Part shown: piece after piece, positions 41,819 to 52,154 of the stretch
Layout: each line of letters opens with the position of its first letter
How positions within the stretch are numbered: the first letter of the stretch is position 1
Source of the DNA: Dehalococcoidia bacterium
GTDB lineage: Bacteria; Chloroflexota; Dehalococcoidia; GIF9; AB-539-J10
Reading direction: 5' to 3'
Length of the DNA: 64,000 nt
Assembly: GCA_046538235.1 (NCBI GenBank)
Contig: JBKHJG010000001.1
Span: forward strand, 60,581-124,580
Position numbers and translations under genes: made by a program
Notes under the pieces: model-generated
The model's database searches: none
What the model saw: only the letters and a program-made list of their open reading frames with translations
What the model was told of the DNA's origin: nothing

Positions 41819-42592
41819 CTACGCCAGCAAGCCCCTGGCTATCTGGGCGGCCTTTCTACCGGAGAGAAGCATGCCACCGAAAATCGGTCCCATCCTCGGA
41901 GAACCAAGTACGGCGTTGGCCGTCATGCCGGCCACCACCAGCCCGGGAAAGACCTCCCTGGTGTTCTCCAGGATTTCTCCTTCCCCCCGTTCAGCCCACA
42001 TGGGCTTCTCACCCAGCACATCGCCCGTCCTGGTCTTGAGCCTCTGACCCATCCTCCGCACCACGATACCGCAGACTTCAGCATCGTGTCCGGTGGCATC
42101 CACAACCACCTTGCACCTGACGGTCAGAGGATCCACATGAAGTCTAGACCAGGAAACGGCGCTCCAATTAAGCACCAGCCCGGTTATCCTGTCATCCTCC
42201 CTGATCATCACATCTTCCACGCTGATGAGGTTGAAGATCCTGGCCCCTGCCCTTATGGCGTCCAGGCAGATGGCCGAGACCGCCTCCAGAGAATCAGCAA
42301 CATAGTATCCCTTTTGATGCTCCCTCGTTGAAACGGCGAACTCATCCAGGATCCGTTTCCCCTCCTCCTGAAGAACTATGCGGCTGAACATCATCCCTCC
42401 ACCGGGCATGCCACCCCCAACACGGAGCTGCCTCTCAAATACCACCGTCTTGATTCCATCCCTCGCCAGGTAGTATGCGGCAACAAGCCCTGATGGCCCC
42501 GCCCCTGCGATGGCAACATCCACCTCCATGGCCTCCATGAAATCCCTAGTGTAGCTTTCGACGATGGCACGGGAAATAACGACTTCATCCAT
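41819..42592 (-). CDS. thi4: thiazole synthase Thi4 (archaeal/eukaryotic type ADP-thiazole synthase)
   Basis: GAGPSGL dinucleotide-binding motif and Thi4 family similarity throughout. Confidence 0.85.
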   Translation of the reverse strand: MDEVVISRAIVESYTRDFMEAMEVDVAIAGAGPSGLVAAYYLARDGIKTVVFERQLRVGGGMPGGGMMFSRIVLQEEGKRILDEFAVSTREHQKGYYVADSLEAVSAICLDAIRAGARIFNLISVEDVMIREDDRITGLVLNWSAVSWSRLHVDPLTVRCKVVVDATGHDAEVCGIVVRRMGQRLKTRTGDVLGEKPMWAERGEGEILENTREVFPGLVVAGMTANAVLGSPRMGPIFGGMLLSGRKAAQIARGLLA

Positions 42593-42657
42593 CTCTTGGT
42601 TAGCCTCCCTCCGCTTGCTCCAGCGGCAGCTTTGAACGCGTGCCAGCTAGTATATTA

Positions 42658-42981
42658 CTATCGGCATGCAATGTCCAACCACTTGAGATAGTCTTCACTG
42701 CCGGCAGCTATGGGCAGGGCGATGATCTCGGGCACCTCATAACTGTGTGTTCTCTTCACCAGTTCCACCACGTCGGGAAACAGCGATCCGTTGGTCTTGA
42801 CTATCAGGAGGCTCTCGCGAGCTGAGTCGAGCCTGCCCTCCCACCGGAAGAGCGAATCCACCCCGGGCACTATGTTGACGCAGGCGGCCTTCCTTTCAGT
42901 GACCAGTAACTCCGCGATTCTGTGAGCTTCTTCCTCGCCACTGGTGGTGATGAGGACAACTATCCTGTCTTCCTCTTTCAT
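42658..42981 (-). CDS. cutA: divalent-cation tolerance protein CutA
   Basis: Typical 107-aa CutA1 fold sequence. Confidence 0.85.
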   Translation of the reverse strand: MKEEDRIVVLITTSGEEEAHRIAELLVTERKAACVNIVPGVDSLFRWEGRLDSARESLLIVKTNGSLFPDVVELVKRTHSYEVPEIIALPIAAGSEDYLKWLDIACR

Positions 42982-43901
42982 CGTTTCGGGTCTATCCCGA
43001 GCATCCTGTCCACCGCTGCCCTTGCGGCAGCCCGGATCTTCTCGGCAACCTTGACCTCAGGGCTCATCTCCTGCAAAGCCAGTAGGACCTTCTCCAGGGT
43101 AATCAGCTTCATATTGGGGCAGATTGCCTGCTCGGAAACAGGGATAAACCTCTTGCCGGGATTCTCCTTATTGAGCCTGTGCACCATGCCGATCTCCGTC
43201 CCCACAATCATCTCCCTGACGTCTTCCCTGTGGGCATATCTACACATCCCGCCGGTGCTGAGAACCTCATCGGCAAGGGCGATGACCTCCGGCCTGCACT
43301 CAGGATGAACAACCAGCCTGGCCTGGGGATATTCCTGCCGTAACGAGCTTATCTTGTCAGGCGTTATCCGGACATGGGTCGGGCAGAAGCCGGGCCACAG
43401 TATCATGTTCCTGCCAGTCTTGCTGGCGACATAGTGCCCCAGATACTGGTCGGGGACAAACAATATCTCCTCAGCATGCAGGCTCTCCACGACGGCAACC
43501 GCATTGGCGGAGGTGCAACATACATCTGATTCGGCCTTGACATCGGCCGAGGAATTAACGTAGCAGACGACTGTCGCCTGCGGGTGCTCATTCTTCCTGT
43601 CCCGCAATTGCTCGGCCGTAATCATATTGGCCATAGGACAGCCGGCATTCACATCGGGAAGCAAGACCACCTTGTCCGGACAGAGGATAGAGGCTGTTTC
43701 CGCCATGAAATGCACCCCGCAGAACACGATCACGCTGGCATCGGTCTGAGCAGCCTTCTGGCTCAATTCCAGGGAATCACCGACGAAGTCGGCTATGTCC
43801 TGGACCTCGCCCAACTGGTAGTTATGGGCAAGGATGACCGCGCCTCTTCTTCCCCTCAGGTCCAGTATTGCCCGTATCAGTTCAGCGTCTCTATTTCCCA
43901 T
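42978..43901 (-). CDS. nadA: quinolinate synthase
   Basis: NadA motifs (ILAHNYQ; conserved Cys ligands for the [4Fe-4S] cluster). Confidence 0.92.
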   Translation of the reverse strand: MGNRDAELIRAILDLRGRRGAVILAHNYQLGEVQDIADFVGDSLELSQKAAQTDASVIVFCGVHFMAETASILCPDKVVLLPDVNAGCPMANMITAEQLRDRKNEHPQATVVCYVNSSADVKAESDVCCTSANAVAVVESLHAEEILFVPDQYLGHYVASKTGRNMILWPGFCPTHVRITPDKISSLRQEYPQARLVVHPECRPEVIALADEVLSTGGMCRYAHREDVREMIVGTEIGMVHRLNKENPGKRFIPVSEQAICPNMKLITLEKVLLALQEMSPEVKVAEKIRAAARAAVDRMLGIDPKR

Positions 43902-44745
43902 CCCTGATTATCCTCCAGTCATGAGTGTAGACATTCATCCTCCGGCCCCTGACGAAGCCGACCAGCGTCACGCCCAAATCAGCAGCCAGCTTGAGCCCCA
44001 GGCTGGTGGGGGCCGACTTAGATATAACTACCGGGACATTCCTTCGGGCTACCTTGACCATCATATCCGAAGAGACCCTGCCGCTGGTGACAACTATGCG
44101 GTCGGCGGTTGCTATGTCATTCAAGATACATTGGCCCAGGATTTTGTCGAGGGCGTTATGCCTGCCTATGTCTTCATCAAATACGAGAACATCCTTCACA
44201 TCGCAGAGGCCGGCACTGTGAACACCGCCGGTTTCCCTGTACAACTGAGAGCGCTGCTGGAATCGCTTCACCAGCGTCAGGATATCAGGTGCTGCTACTG
44301 TAACCCGGGACTCGACCTTCGCCTTACCCTGAACGTCAGCTGCACCATAGAAAGAGGGCCCCCTCCCACATCCTGAAGTGATAACCCTCTTGAATAAGCC
44401 GTCGCCGGCAAAGTCAGTATCGGTTTCAGCCTCTATGCGAACCACCCCTCTCCGGTCATCGACCATTATCTTGTGGATCTCATCCTTGCTCCTGAGGAAT
44501 CCCGCAGAGAACAGAAACCCCACTGCCAGATACTTCAGATTGGCAGGAGAACACAACAAGGTTACAATCTCCCGGTCGTTCAAGATAATCGTAACAGGAA
44601 ATTCGCCGGCCACCGCATCTTCTACCCAACTGGCGGCTTTCCCGGAAAGTCTGAGAGCAGAGACCTTCACTGTCGCATTATCCATTCTCTCCCACCCTGA
44701 CCGGGTCTCCGGCTCTAACAGGTCCACCGCGCAGCACCCTGGCAA
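43891..44745 (-). CDS. fdhD: formate dehydrogenase accessory sulfurtransferase FdhD
   Basis: FdhD cytidine-deaminase-like fold with a catalytic Cys loop (TSGCGRG). Confidence 0.9.
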   Translation of the reverse strand: MPGCCAVDLLEPETRSGWERMDNATVKVSALRLSGKAASWVEDAVAGEFPVTIILNDREIVTLLCSPANLKYLAVGFLFSAGFLRSKDEIHKIMVDDRRGVVRIEAETDTDFAGDGLFKRVITSGCGRGPSFYGAADVQGKAKVESRVTVAAPDILTLVKRFQQRSQLYRETGGVHSAGLCDVKDVLVFDEDIGRHNALDKILGQCILNDIATADRIVVTSGRVSSDMMVKVARRNVPVVISKSAPTSLGLKLAADLGVTLVGFVRGRRMNVYTHDWRIIRDGK

Positions 44746-45121
44746 ATATCCCCTCCTTAGGCATGATGCACCTGCCTATCTGCTTGTAAATAGCGCATCC
44801 GGCGTGGCACTTCTTTCCAATCTGGGTAACCTCAAGGACAATGTCATCTCCGATGTATATCTCCGTGCCCACGGGCAGCGAGGCGAGTTCCACTCCCCGT
44901 GTGGTGAGGTTCTCTGCGAAATCGCCAGGCCCGACCTCAAAGCCCAGCTCTCTTATCTTGTCGATGCTCTCCGCCGCCAACAAACTCACCTGCCGATGGG
45001 TACAGCAATCAGCGTGGGCATCACCTTCAAGGCCGCAGTTCTCCTTAAGGATGCCTTCGGCCACCGGCCTCTTGGTCGTACCCTTCTGTTCGCTCTTACA
45101 GACCGCAATTATCGTGGCCAT
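44678..45121 (-). CDS. MOSC domain-containing protein
   Basis: MOSC beta-barrel motifs with a conserved Cys (KKCHAGCAIY). Start likely the internal Met (MATIIAV); the ORF track extends it to 45259. Confidence 0.65.
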   Translation of the reverse strand: MATIIAVCKSEQKGTTKRPVAEGILKENCGLEGDAHADCCTHRQVSLLAAESIDKIRELGFEVGPGDFAENLTTRGVELASLPVGTEIYIGDDIVLEVTQIGKKCHAGCAIYKQIGRCIMPKEGIFARVLRGGPVRAGDPVRVGENG

Positions 45122-45144
45122 CGAGCCATATTCTACCTTACTTG

Positions 45145-46140
45145 CTATATCAACGAAAAACAGTAGCCCAGAGCCAGAGACATGACACACACGACCACCA
45201 GGTAGATGGCCAGGATCCTGCCGCCGAATTCTTTTCTCAAGACCAGGATAGTTCCCCAACTGGTGATGGGCCCCACCAATAGCAGCACCATTCCCGCACC
45301 GATGCTCATTCCCTGTGACACAAAGGCGTGGACCAGAGGAACACTGGCTGTGGAGCAGATATACATGATCAGGCCGAAACCGAGGCTGAACAGATACCCC
45401 AGCCCCCCGCCGAGATGGACACCGACGAACTCTCCCACGGGGGCCACCGCCGCCACCAGAGCTGCCAGTGCCAGGCCCAGCAGCAACTCGGGCCCGATGT
45501 CCCTCACCATATCCACAAAGGCATATCTCAAGGCATGCTTCAGCCGGTGAGCAACGTTGCGAACCCCTGCCATGTATTCCTCCGGGCTATCTTCAAAGGC
45601 CCTCTGGCAGTGAGGACAGCAGAAGTAATATGTGTTCCCGTGGTATTCGGTCCGTGGCGCTTCCCCCACCTCCACATTCATTCCACAGACCGGGTCGACA
45701 GCCCGCTCTGCCAGGGAGCCCGGGACTATCGCTTTGCCCTCAACCTTGTTTCCAACTAGACCCACAGCTATACCCATGGCTATCACAGCAAAGAATATAA
45801 ATGCGGTGAACTGCGGCCCCAGCAGGCCATAGGTGACCAGAAGGGCAGCGATGGAGGTCGCCGGTGTCGCAACCAGGAAGGCCAGCACCGGTCCCAATCG
45901 CGCCCCCTTCTGGCGCAGGCTCAGGCCCACCGGAAGGGAGCCCAGACAGCAGATGGGAAGGATGGTCCCCACCAGGGTGGAGTAAAGGATCGGCCTGACA
46001 CCCCCTCCGCCGAGACGTCTCTCCACCCACCGTGAGGGCACAAACTCGTGGACCAGTCCGCTGAGGAGAAATCCTATTGTAAGGAAAGGTAGTACCTCAA
46101 CAAGATAGCCCCTGAATACTAGGAGGTACTGGACGATCAA
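45145..46140 (-). CDS. ArsP/COG0701-family permease with an inserted TRASH/YHS metal-binding domain
   Basis: Two TM bundles with a PxCC(x)xS motif (ILPICCLGSLP). The central cytoplasmic loop contains CGMNV...YYFCCPHCQRAF, which is TRASH/YHS-like. Confidence 0.55.
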   Translation of the reverse strand: MIVQYLLVFRGYLVEVLPFLTIGFLLSGLVHEFVPSRWVERRLGGGGVRPILYSTLVGTILPICCLGSLPVGLSLRQKGARLGPVLAFLVATPATSIAALLVTYGLLGPQFTAFIFFAVIAMGIAVGLVGNKVEGKAIVPGSLAERAVDPVCGMNVEVGEAPRTEYHGNTYYFCCPHCQRAFEDSPEEYMAGVRNVAHRLKHALRYAFVDMVRDIGPELLLGLALAALVAAVAPVGEFVGVHLGGGLGYLFSLGFGLIMYICSTASVPLVHAFVSQGMSIGAGMVLLLVGPITSWGTILVLRKEFGGRILAIYLVVVCVMSLALGYCFSLI

Positions 46141-46232
46141 CTATCTCCTCCTGATTCCGGGCCTCGTCAACCGGCCACGTATGGCGCTCCGGTTCTCGGG
46201 TCCGGCAGCCGGATACACTGCAGCCCGGGCTC

Positions 46233-46790
46233 CTAGCGCCCGAGAAACTCCCTCACCTTTTCTTCGCTTTCCCCGAGGTTGATACCGATGAACTCAATCC
46301 CGCCGGCCTTCTCCTCGAAAGCTGCCTGAAGATAGGGCATCTGCATAACACAATAACGGCATCCCAGCGTCCAGAAATTGAGCAGGACCCACTGATCTCT
46401 CAAATCGCTCAGTGTCACCGGCTGACCGCCCACGGTGGCGAGGGTGAAATCAGGCGCCATGTGCCCGGTCTCAGGGGCTACCCCGGGCAGCGCAGACGTG
46501 GCTTCGCTCGCAGTTACTTCATCCAACCACTCGAGCACGTGTTCCTTGCTTCTGAAGGCGCCTGGCCATATGCCACGGATAATCCCGTTTTCGTCGATGA
46601 GCAACGTAGCTGGAACGAACCTTATATTGTAGGCCGGCCCTACCTTGTTGTCTGTATCCAGAGCTATGGTGAAGGTTATCTCTGCTGCCGGAGACTTCGC
46701 ACACCCCGGGGCATACCAGCTTAGCACCATGACGGCAACTACGATCACTACCACCCCTACCGTTATCTGCATTGCTCTTCTTATGCGCAT
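46233..46790 (-). CDS. TlpA/ResA-like thiol:disulfide oxidoreductase with an apparently circularly permuted thioredoxin fold
   Basis: N-terminal TM segment, then FVPATLLIDENGIIRG (normally the C-terminal half of TlpA). This is followed by APDFTL...WTLGCRYC...IGINLGESEEKV (normally the N-terminal half including the CxxC active site). Start at the internal Met, downstream of ccdA; the longer ORF 46233-47204 overlaps ccdA out of frame. Confidence 0.6.
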   Translation of the reverse strand: MRIRRAMQITVGVVVIVVAVMVLSWYAPGCAKSPAAEITFTIALDTDNKVGPAYNIRFVPATLLIDENGIIRGIWPGAFRSKEHVLEWLDEVTASEATSALPGVAPETGHMAPDFTLATVGGQPVTLSDLRDQWVLLNFWTLGCRYCVMQMPYLQAAFEEKAGGIEFIGINLGESEEKVREFLGR

Positions 46791-46804
46791 AACACTTTTC
46801 ACCT

Positions 46805-47488
46805 TTAAGAGAGTAAATCGACTAGACGCTCCAGATAGCCGGTGAACACCACGACGCCCACCGCTATGAGCAGTACGGCACTCACGATGGAGATCGTGTT
46901 TGAGCGGCGGTTCAGCCAGGTGATAACCGGCCCTGCTGAGCCCATGGCCAGCGCGATGCCGATGAAGGGCACGCCCAGCCCCAGAGAATAGGCAAGAAGC
47001 AGGTAGGCCCCCTGCCAGGCGGTCTGACCGCTTGAGGCCAGGGCCAGGATGCCGGCCAGCACAGGACCCACGCAGGGCGTCCACCCTAGGGCAAAGGCGG
47101 CGCCCAGCCCGGTGGAGCGCGCATATCCTGAGCCCTGGCCAAACGAACTCTTTAGGCGCATCTGGTAGTTGAGCCAGGGTATCTTGCGCGAGGCAAGCAA
47201 CCACACTCCGAACAGAACCAGCAGGCCACCGGCTATCTTGTAAAGCAGGTTGACGGGAATCGCGGCGCCGATCAGTCCCGCCGAAGCTCCCAGGCCGGCA
47301 AACACGAGCGCGAAACCTGCCACAAAACTGAGCGAGTGAAACACGATGCGCCGGCGACTGACTTCCCCCATCAACGAGGAAGCACCACTCAGGTTGACCA
47401 CATATACCAGGGCCAGAGGCAACACGCAGGGGGAGAGAAAGGAAAGCACCCCGGCGACAAAAGCAATGCCTACAGATACTTCATACAT
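46805..47488 (-). CDS. ccdA: cytochrome c-type biogenesis / thiol-disulfide transporter CcdA (DsbD-like)
   Basis: Six TM segments with the two conserved Cys motifs (LSPCVLP; GWTPCVGP). Confidence 0.85.
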   Translation of the reverse strand: MYEVSVGIAFVAGVLSFLSPCVLPLALVYVVNLSGASSLMGEVSRRRIVFHSLSFVAGFALVFAGLGASAGLIGAAIPVNLLYKIAGGLLVLFGVWLLASRKIPWLNYQMRLKSSFGQGSGYARSTGLGAAFALGWTPCVGPVLAGILALASSGQTAWQGAYLLLAYSLGLGVPFIGIALAMGSAGPVITWLNRRSNTISIVSAVLLIAVGVVVFTGYLERLVDLLS

Positions 47489-47544
47489 GGATAATCATAG
47501 GCCACTACGCTGCTGACGTCATGGAGTCTCCTGAGTTGTGCGAT

Positions 47545-47928
47545 TCAGTCGATCTCCTTCAGCAGCTCTATGACCTTCTCTTTTATGATGGCGAGCGTCC
47601 GGCGGTAAGTATCTATTTCCCCGCCACATGGATCGGCAATATCCCAGTCTATCCTCCTGGCCCCCGGAATGAGAGGACATTCAACTTCGCAGCCCATACT
47701 GACTGCTATGTCGATAGGTTCCCCGTCCTGGATGGCCTTGGGCTTCCCATGCCAGATGATGCCCTCCTCCCTTAGGACTTCCAGTGCCTTCGGCTCCACC
47801 TGTGAGGCCGGGTTCGTCCCCATGCTCATGAACTCCAGATCGGGGCTCTTGCTCAGTTTCTTGGCCAGCGCCTCCGCCATCTGGCTTCTACATGAGTTCC
47901 CAACGCATATAAAGGCGATCTTCTTCAC
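47545..47928 (-). CDS. arsC: arsenate reductase, thioredoxin-coupled LMW-PTP type (ArsC)
   Basis: P-loop CVGNSCRSQMAEA and downstream Cys pair (GCEVECP) as in Bacillus-type ArsC. Confidence 0.7.
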   Translation of the reverse strand: MKKIAFICVGNSCRSQMAEALAKKLSKSPDLEFMSMGTNPASQVEPKALEVLREEGIIWHGKPKAIQDGEPIDIAVSMGCEVECPLIPGARRIDWDIADPCGGEIDTYRRTLAIIKEKVIELLKEID

Positions 47929-48061
47929 TTTGCGGTCAAGGTCTTCTCAGCTTCTCTGCCGCAGCCAGGATCTTTTTTCGTCCCGGCCGTCGGCGGTCGT
48001 ATACGAACCGCCCGGGGAGATCTGCCACGCACCGCCATAACCTCCTGGCTCAGTGTGGCAG

Positions 48062-49228
48062 TCATCTCCGGCCCTTCAATAGGGGCGACATCTCTCTCAA
48101 CCTGGCCACAACCCGGGACAGAACCTCCAGGACCCTCTCGACATCTTGCTCGCTGTTTTCCCGCCCCAGGCTGAACCTCAGCGATCCATGGGCCTGCTCC
48201 GGCGAAAGGCCCATCGCCAGAAGAGCATGAGAAGGTTCAAGACTTGCTGAGCTACAGGCTGAACCGGTAGAGGCAGAGATACCGTCCAGATCAAGGTTCA
48301 GGAGCAAGGATTCCCCTTCCACAAAACCAACGCTGACATTGATATTGTTGGGCAGCCTTGTGGTGGGATGCCCGTTCAAACGAATGTGGTCCATCCTTTC
48401 CAGGATACCTTTAATCAGCCTGTCCCGAAGACCGCGCAAGCGCGCCCCTTCCTCGGCCATATCCTGCTGAGCAAGCTCCACCGCTTTGCCAAAGCCCACG
48501 ATGCCGGGGACATTCTCTGTCCCGGCTCTGCGCCTGTTCTCCTGCTCCCCTCCCTGCATTAGAGGCACCAGAACGGTGCCCTTCCTGACATACAACGCCC
48601 CCACTCCCTTGGGCCCATATAACTTGTGCGCCGACATTGATAGCAGGTCTACCTTGAGCTCACACACGTCCACCGGAATATGTCCCACGGTCTGGACGGC
48701 ATCGCTGTGAAAACAGACGCCGGCCTGTTCAGCAATTCTGCCTATTTCTGCAACGGGCTCTATGGTGCCCACTTCATTGCTGGCATGCATGACCGATATG
48801 AGGATGGTCTTATCGGTGATAGCCTTGCTTACATCGTGAGGGTCAACCAGCCCGTACTCATCAACGGGTAGGTAGGTTATCTCGAATCCCCGCTTCTCCA
48901 GGAACCTGGCCGACTCCAGCACGGCGTGGTGTTCAATGGGCGTGGTGATGATGTGATTGCCCTTATGCCCTCTGGCATAGGCAACGCCCTTCAGCGCAGC
49001 GTTGTCCGCCTCCGTTCCCCCACCTGTGAAGACGATCTCCTCGCTCCGGGCGCCGATGAGCTTTGCCACCCTCATCCTTGCCTCCTCCACCGCCGCTCTT
49101 GCCTCCTGGCCATAGGAATGAATGCTTGAAGGATTGCCAAAAGCATCGCTGAAATAGGGAAGCATAGCCTTCACCACCTCAGGATGTGTCGGGGTAGTAG
49201 CGGCATGGTCCAGATATATTCTACTCAT
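48062..49228 (-). CDS. iscS: cysteine desulfurase (NifS/IscS family)
   Basis: PLP-lysine motif ([10 protein letters not shown]) and active-site Cys loop (SSGSAC). Start at the internal Met ([13 protein letters not shown]); the ORF track extends it to 49345. Confidence 0.9.
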   Translation of the reverse strand: MSRIYLDHAATTPTHPEVVKAMLPYFSDAFGNPSSIHSYGQEARAAVEEARMRVAKLIGARSEEIVFTGGGTEADNAALKGVAYARGHKGNHIITTPIEHHAVLESARFLEKRGFEITYLPVDEYGLVDPHDVSKAITDKTILISVMHASNEVGTIEPVAEIGRIAEQAGVCFHSDAVQTVGHIPVDVCELKVDLLSMSAHKLYGPKGVGALYVRKGTVLVPLMQGGEQENRRRAGTENVPGIVGFGKAVELAQQDMAEEGARLRGLRDRLIKGILERMDHIRLNGHPTTRLPNNINVSVGFVEGESLLLNLDLDGISASTGSACSSASLEPSHALLAMGLSPEQAHGSLRFSLGRENSEQDVERVLEVLSRVVARLREMSPLLKGRR

Positions 49229-49354
49229 ATCCTGCCTTTGTGCCTGCAAAGCAGGGCCTGCAACGGGCCCAACGTCTCCGCGACCAGCCAGTATAGCACG
49301 GTTGCTGCCCGGGTCCCCAAGCCCAGTCTGTGAATTTCCTATCAAGTATCTTTC

Positions 49355-52105
49355 CTAGCCTTGGGAGCCATGGCCCCGGGGCGCTTCTTTCAGATATTTG
49401 CCGGGCTCTTGATCGAAGGCCTTCTTGCAGCCCAGGGCGCAGAAGTAGTAGGTCTGGCCTCCATAGTCCGATGTTGCGGCTGCCTTCTTCCTATCGACCT
49501 GCATGCCACAAACGGGGTCTTTCGCCAACCTGCCACTGCTTTTCTGTTCTTGAGTGGCACCGCCTCCACCAAGCACAAAACGCCTAAGCCTTCCTGCCAT
49601 CTCGTTCACCTCCTTTACCGTCTTTATCCCTTGCAAGCGTGCACGACCGGCCCGCGTCCCCGACTGGTGCCAGCCGGGCTCAACCTTGGTCTTCTTCAGG
49701 CGCAGGGAATTGGTGACTACATTGAGAGAGCTTGCGGTCATGGCCGCCATCCCGACCATGGGGTGTAGCAGTCCCATCACCGCCAAAGGAATGGCCAGCC
49801 CGTTGTATACCCAGGCGAAGAAGTAGTTCTGCTTGATTTTCCTGAAGGTAGCCCGAGAGAGATTTATCGCGGTAACGACAGCGCTCAGCTCTCCGCTCAC
49901 CAGAGTAATGTCGGACGATTCAATGGCGATGTCGGTCCCGGTCCCTATCGCTATACCCACGTTGGCCTGGGTCAGGGCGGGAGCATCATTGATGCCATCG
50001 CCCACCATAGCCACCATCCCCACCTGTTCCTGCAGGCGCCGGATCTCGGCTACCTTGTCCTGGGGCAGGACCTCAGCCAGCACACGGGTGATTCCCACCT
50101 TTCTGGCAATGGCAGCCGCGGTCCTCTGGTTGTCGCCGCTCATTATCGCCGTCTCCAGCCCCATCTCCTTCAATTCGGCTATGGCCCGTGCTGAATCGTT
50201 CTTCAGGGTATCCGCCACGGCAATGATACCTGCTATCCTGCCATCAACCGCTATCAGCATCGCGGTCTTGGCTTCATTCTCCAGTTCAGCAAGCCTCTTC
50301 TCAAGCCTACTGAAGCTTATCTGCGATTCCATCATCAGTCTCTGGTTTCCCACCAGGACCCGTTTGCCATCCACCTTGCCCCTTATTCCTCTGCCAGTGA
50401 CGGCTTCGAGCCCCTCCACATTCGTGAGATGAAGTCCCCGCTCCCTGGCTTCTGAGACAATGGCCCGGCCCAGCGGATGCTCCGAGCCCTGCTCCAGCCC
50501 TGCGGCAAGGAAGAGGACCTCCTTCTCCTCAAACTCGCTGTCGGTGACGATCTCGGTAACCCCCGGCCTACCTCTGGTGATCGTCCCCGTCTTGTCAAAG
50601 ACAATGGTGTGCACCTCATTCATAGTCTGAAGGGCCTCTCCCCGGCGAAACAGGATCCCTCTCTCAGCACCCATACCGCTGCCCACCATCAATGCTGTGG
50701 GCGTGCCCAGGCCCAGAGCGCAGGGGCAGCTTATGACCAGCACGGCGATGGCGGCAAGAATGGCCAGCGTAACGGCCCCCAGGTCAGGGTTTACCCAGGG
50801 AAGAAACGAGGCGCCCCAGGTGATGATTCTCATGAAGAAGCCGGGAAAGACCAGCCAGCTGACACCGGTCAGCAGCGCAATCCCCAACACCGCGGGCACC
50901 ATGTAGCTGGTTACCCTGTCGGCGAACTCCTGAATGGGGACCTTGGATCCCTGGCACTCTTCGACCAGCTTGACCACCTGAGATAAGAAGGTATCCCTGC
51001 CTATCTTGGTCGCCTCTATCTTGAGCAGGCCCTGCTGATTTATGGTGGCACCGATGACGTTATCCCCTGCTTGCTTGTTCACCGGCATTGACTCGCCGGT
51101 GGCCATAGACTCGTCGACGGTACTTTGCCCTTCTACTATCGCTCCATCGGTGGGGATCTTCTCGCCCGGCCTGACGACCATGATATCTCCCACCCTGACC
51201 TCCTCAATGTCTATCTCCTTCTCTCCGCCATCCACCAGGATGCGGGCGGTCCTGGCCCCCAGTTGCAGCAACTTCTTGATCGCCTGAGATGCCCGACCTT
51301 TGGCCCTGATTTCCAGGAATCTGCCCAGCAGGTGGAAGGAGACAATACCCATGGCCATCTCGATGAAGCTCGGCCCGCCCCAGATGAGTGCGCCTATGCC
51401 CATGAAATATGGTGGCACCGAACCGAGAGAGATGAGAACATCCATATTGGCCCGGCCGTGGCGTATCGCCCTCCAGGAGGCCTGATGAGTGGGCCAGCCG
51501 GCCACGAACACCACCGGAAAACCAAGCAGGGCGATGATCAGCATATACCCGGGAATGGGGACAATCATGGATAGAATCATCAGGGTCCAGCCCACGCCGG
51601 ACGGAATGATGGCAAAGACAAACCGCCTCTTCGCCATCTGAACCTTGAGTACATCCCGGTCAACCTTGTCCTCTTCTTGCTCACCTGCCACTGAATAGCC
51701 GGCCGACTCCACGGCCCGCTTGAAATCGGTCATACTGGCCTCGCCCCTCAAGTAGGCAACAGTCGCCTTTTCACTGGCTAGATTGACGTTAGCCGATATT
51801 ACCCCCGGCACCCCGGCCAGTGCTTTCTCAACATTGGCCACACAGGAGGCGCAAGTCATGCCGCCCACCCTGAAGGTCGTTTTCTCCAGTCCCACACCAT
51901 ATCCGGCGTCGGAGACGGCATCAACCACCTTCCTGATATCTACCCGGCCCGGGTCGTATTCCACAGACACGCTTTCGCTGGCGACGTTGACACTGACCCG
52001 CAATATTCCGGATAGCCCGGCCAGCCCGTTCTCGATGACGGCGGCGCAGGAGGCACAGGTCATACCCGTGACCGGGAGGGTTATTTTCCTGGTTCCCTTA
52101 GACAT
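49355..52105 (-). CDS. copA: copper-translocating P1B-type ATPase with two N-terminal HMA domains and a C-terminal TRASH/YHS domain
   Basis: Two GMTCASC motifs, TM CPC motif (SCPCALG), DKTGT phosphorylation site, and C-terminal CGMQV...[12 protein letters not shown]. Confidence 0.93.
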   Translation of the reverse strand: MSKGTRKITLPVTGMTCASCAAVIENGLAGLSGILRVSVNVASESVSVEYDPGRVDIRKVVDAVSDAGYGVGLEKTTFRVGGMTCASCVANVEKALAGVPGVISANVNLASEKATVAYLRGEASMTDFKRAVESAGYSVAGEQEEDKVDRDVLKVQMAKRRFVFAIIPSGVGWTLMILSMIVPIPGYMLIIALLGFPVVFVAGWPTHQASWRAIRHGRANMDVLISLGSVPPYFMGIGALIWGGPSFIEMAMGIVSFHLLGRFLEIRAKGRASQAIKKLLQLGARTARILVDGGEKEIDIEEVRVGDIMVVRPGEKIPTDGAIVEGQSTVDESMATGESMPVNKQAGDNVIGATINQQGLLKIEATKIGRDTFLSQVVKLVEECQGSKVPIQEFADRVTSYMVPAVLGIALLTGVSWLVFPGFFMRIITWGASFLPWVNPDLGAVTLAILAAIAVLVISCPCALGLGTPTALMVGSGMGAERGILFRRGEALQTMNEVHTIVFDKTGTITRGRPGVTEIVTDSEFEEKEVLFLAAGLEQGSEHPLGRAIVSEARERGLHLTNVEGLEAVTGRGIRGKVDGKRVLVGNQRLMMESQISFSRLEKRLAELENEAKTAMLIAVDGRIAGIIAVADTLKNDSARAIAELKEMGLETAIMSGDNQRTAAAIARKVGITRVLAEVLPQDKVAEIRRLQEQVGMVAMVGDGINDAPALTQANVGIAIGTGTDIAIESSDITLVSGELSAVVTAINLSRATFRKIKQNYFFAWVYNGLAIPLAVMGLLHPMVGMAAMTASSLNVVTNSLRLKKTKVEPGWHQSGTRAGRARLQGIKTVKEVNEMAGRLRRFVLGGGGATQEQKSSGRLAKDPVCGMQVDRKKAAATSDYGGQTYYFCALGCKKAFDQEPGKYLKEAPRGHGSQG

Positions 52106-52154
52106 CTCCTCTCACCCTTCCTGGTGGAGACCACCTGGTGTAGCTTCCTTTGGA

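Noticed and set aside
46791-47204. N-terminal 138 aa of ORF 46233-47204, which would extend the TlpA-like protein
   Set aside because: The extension overlaps ccdA out of frame and is Arg-rich nonsense. The internal Met at 46790, downstream of the ccdA stop, gives a sensible membrane-anchored start.
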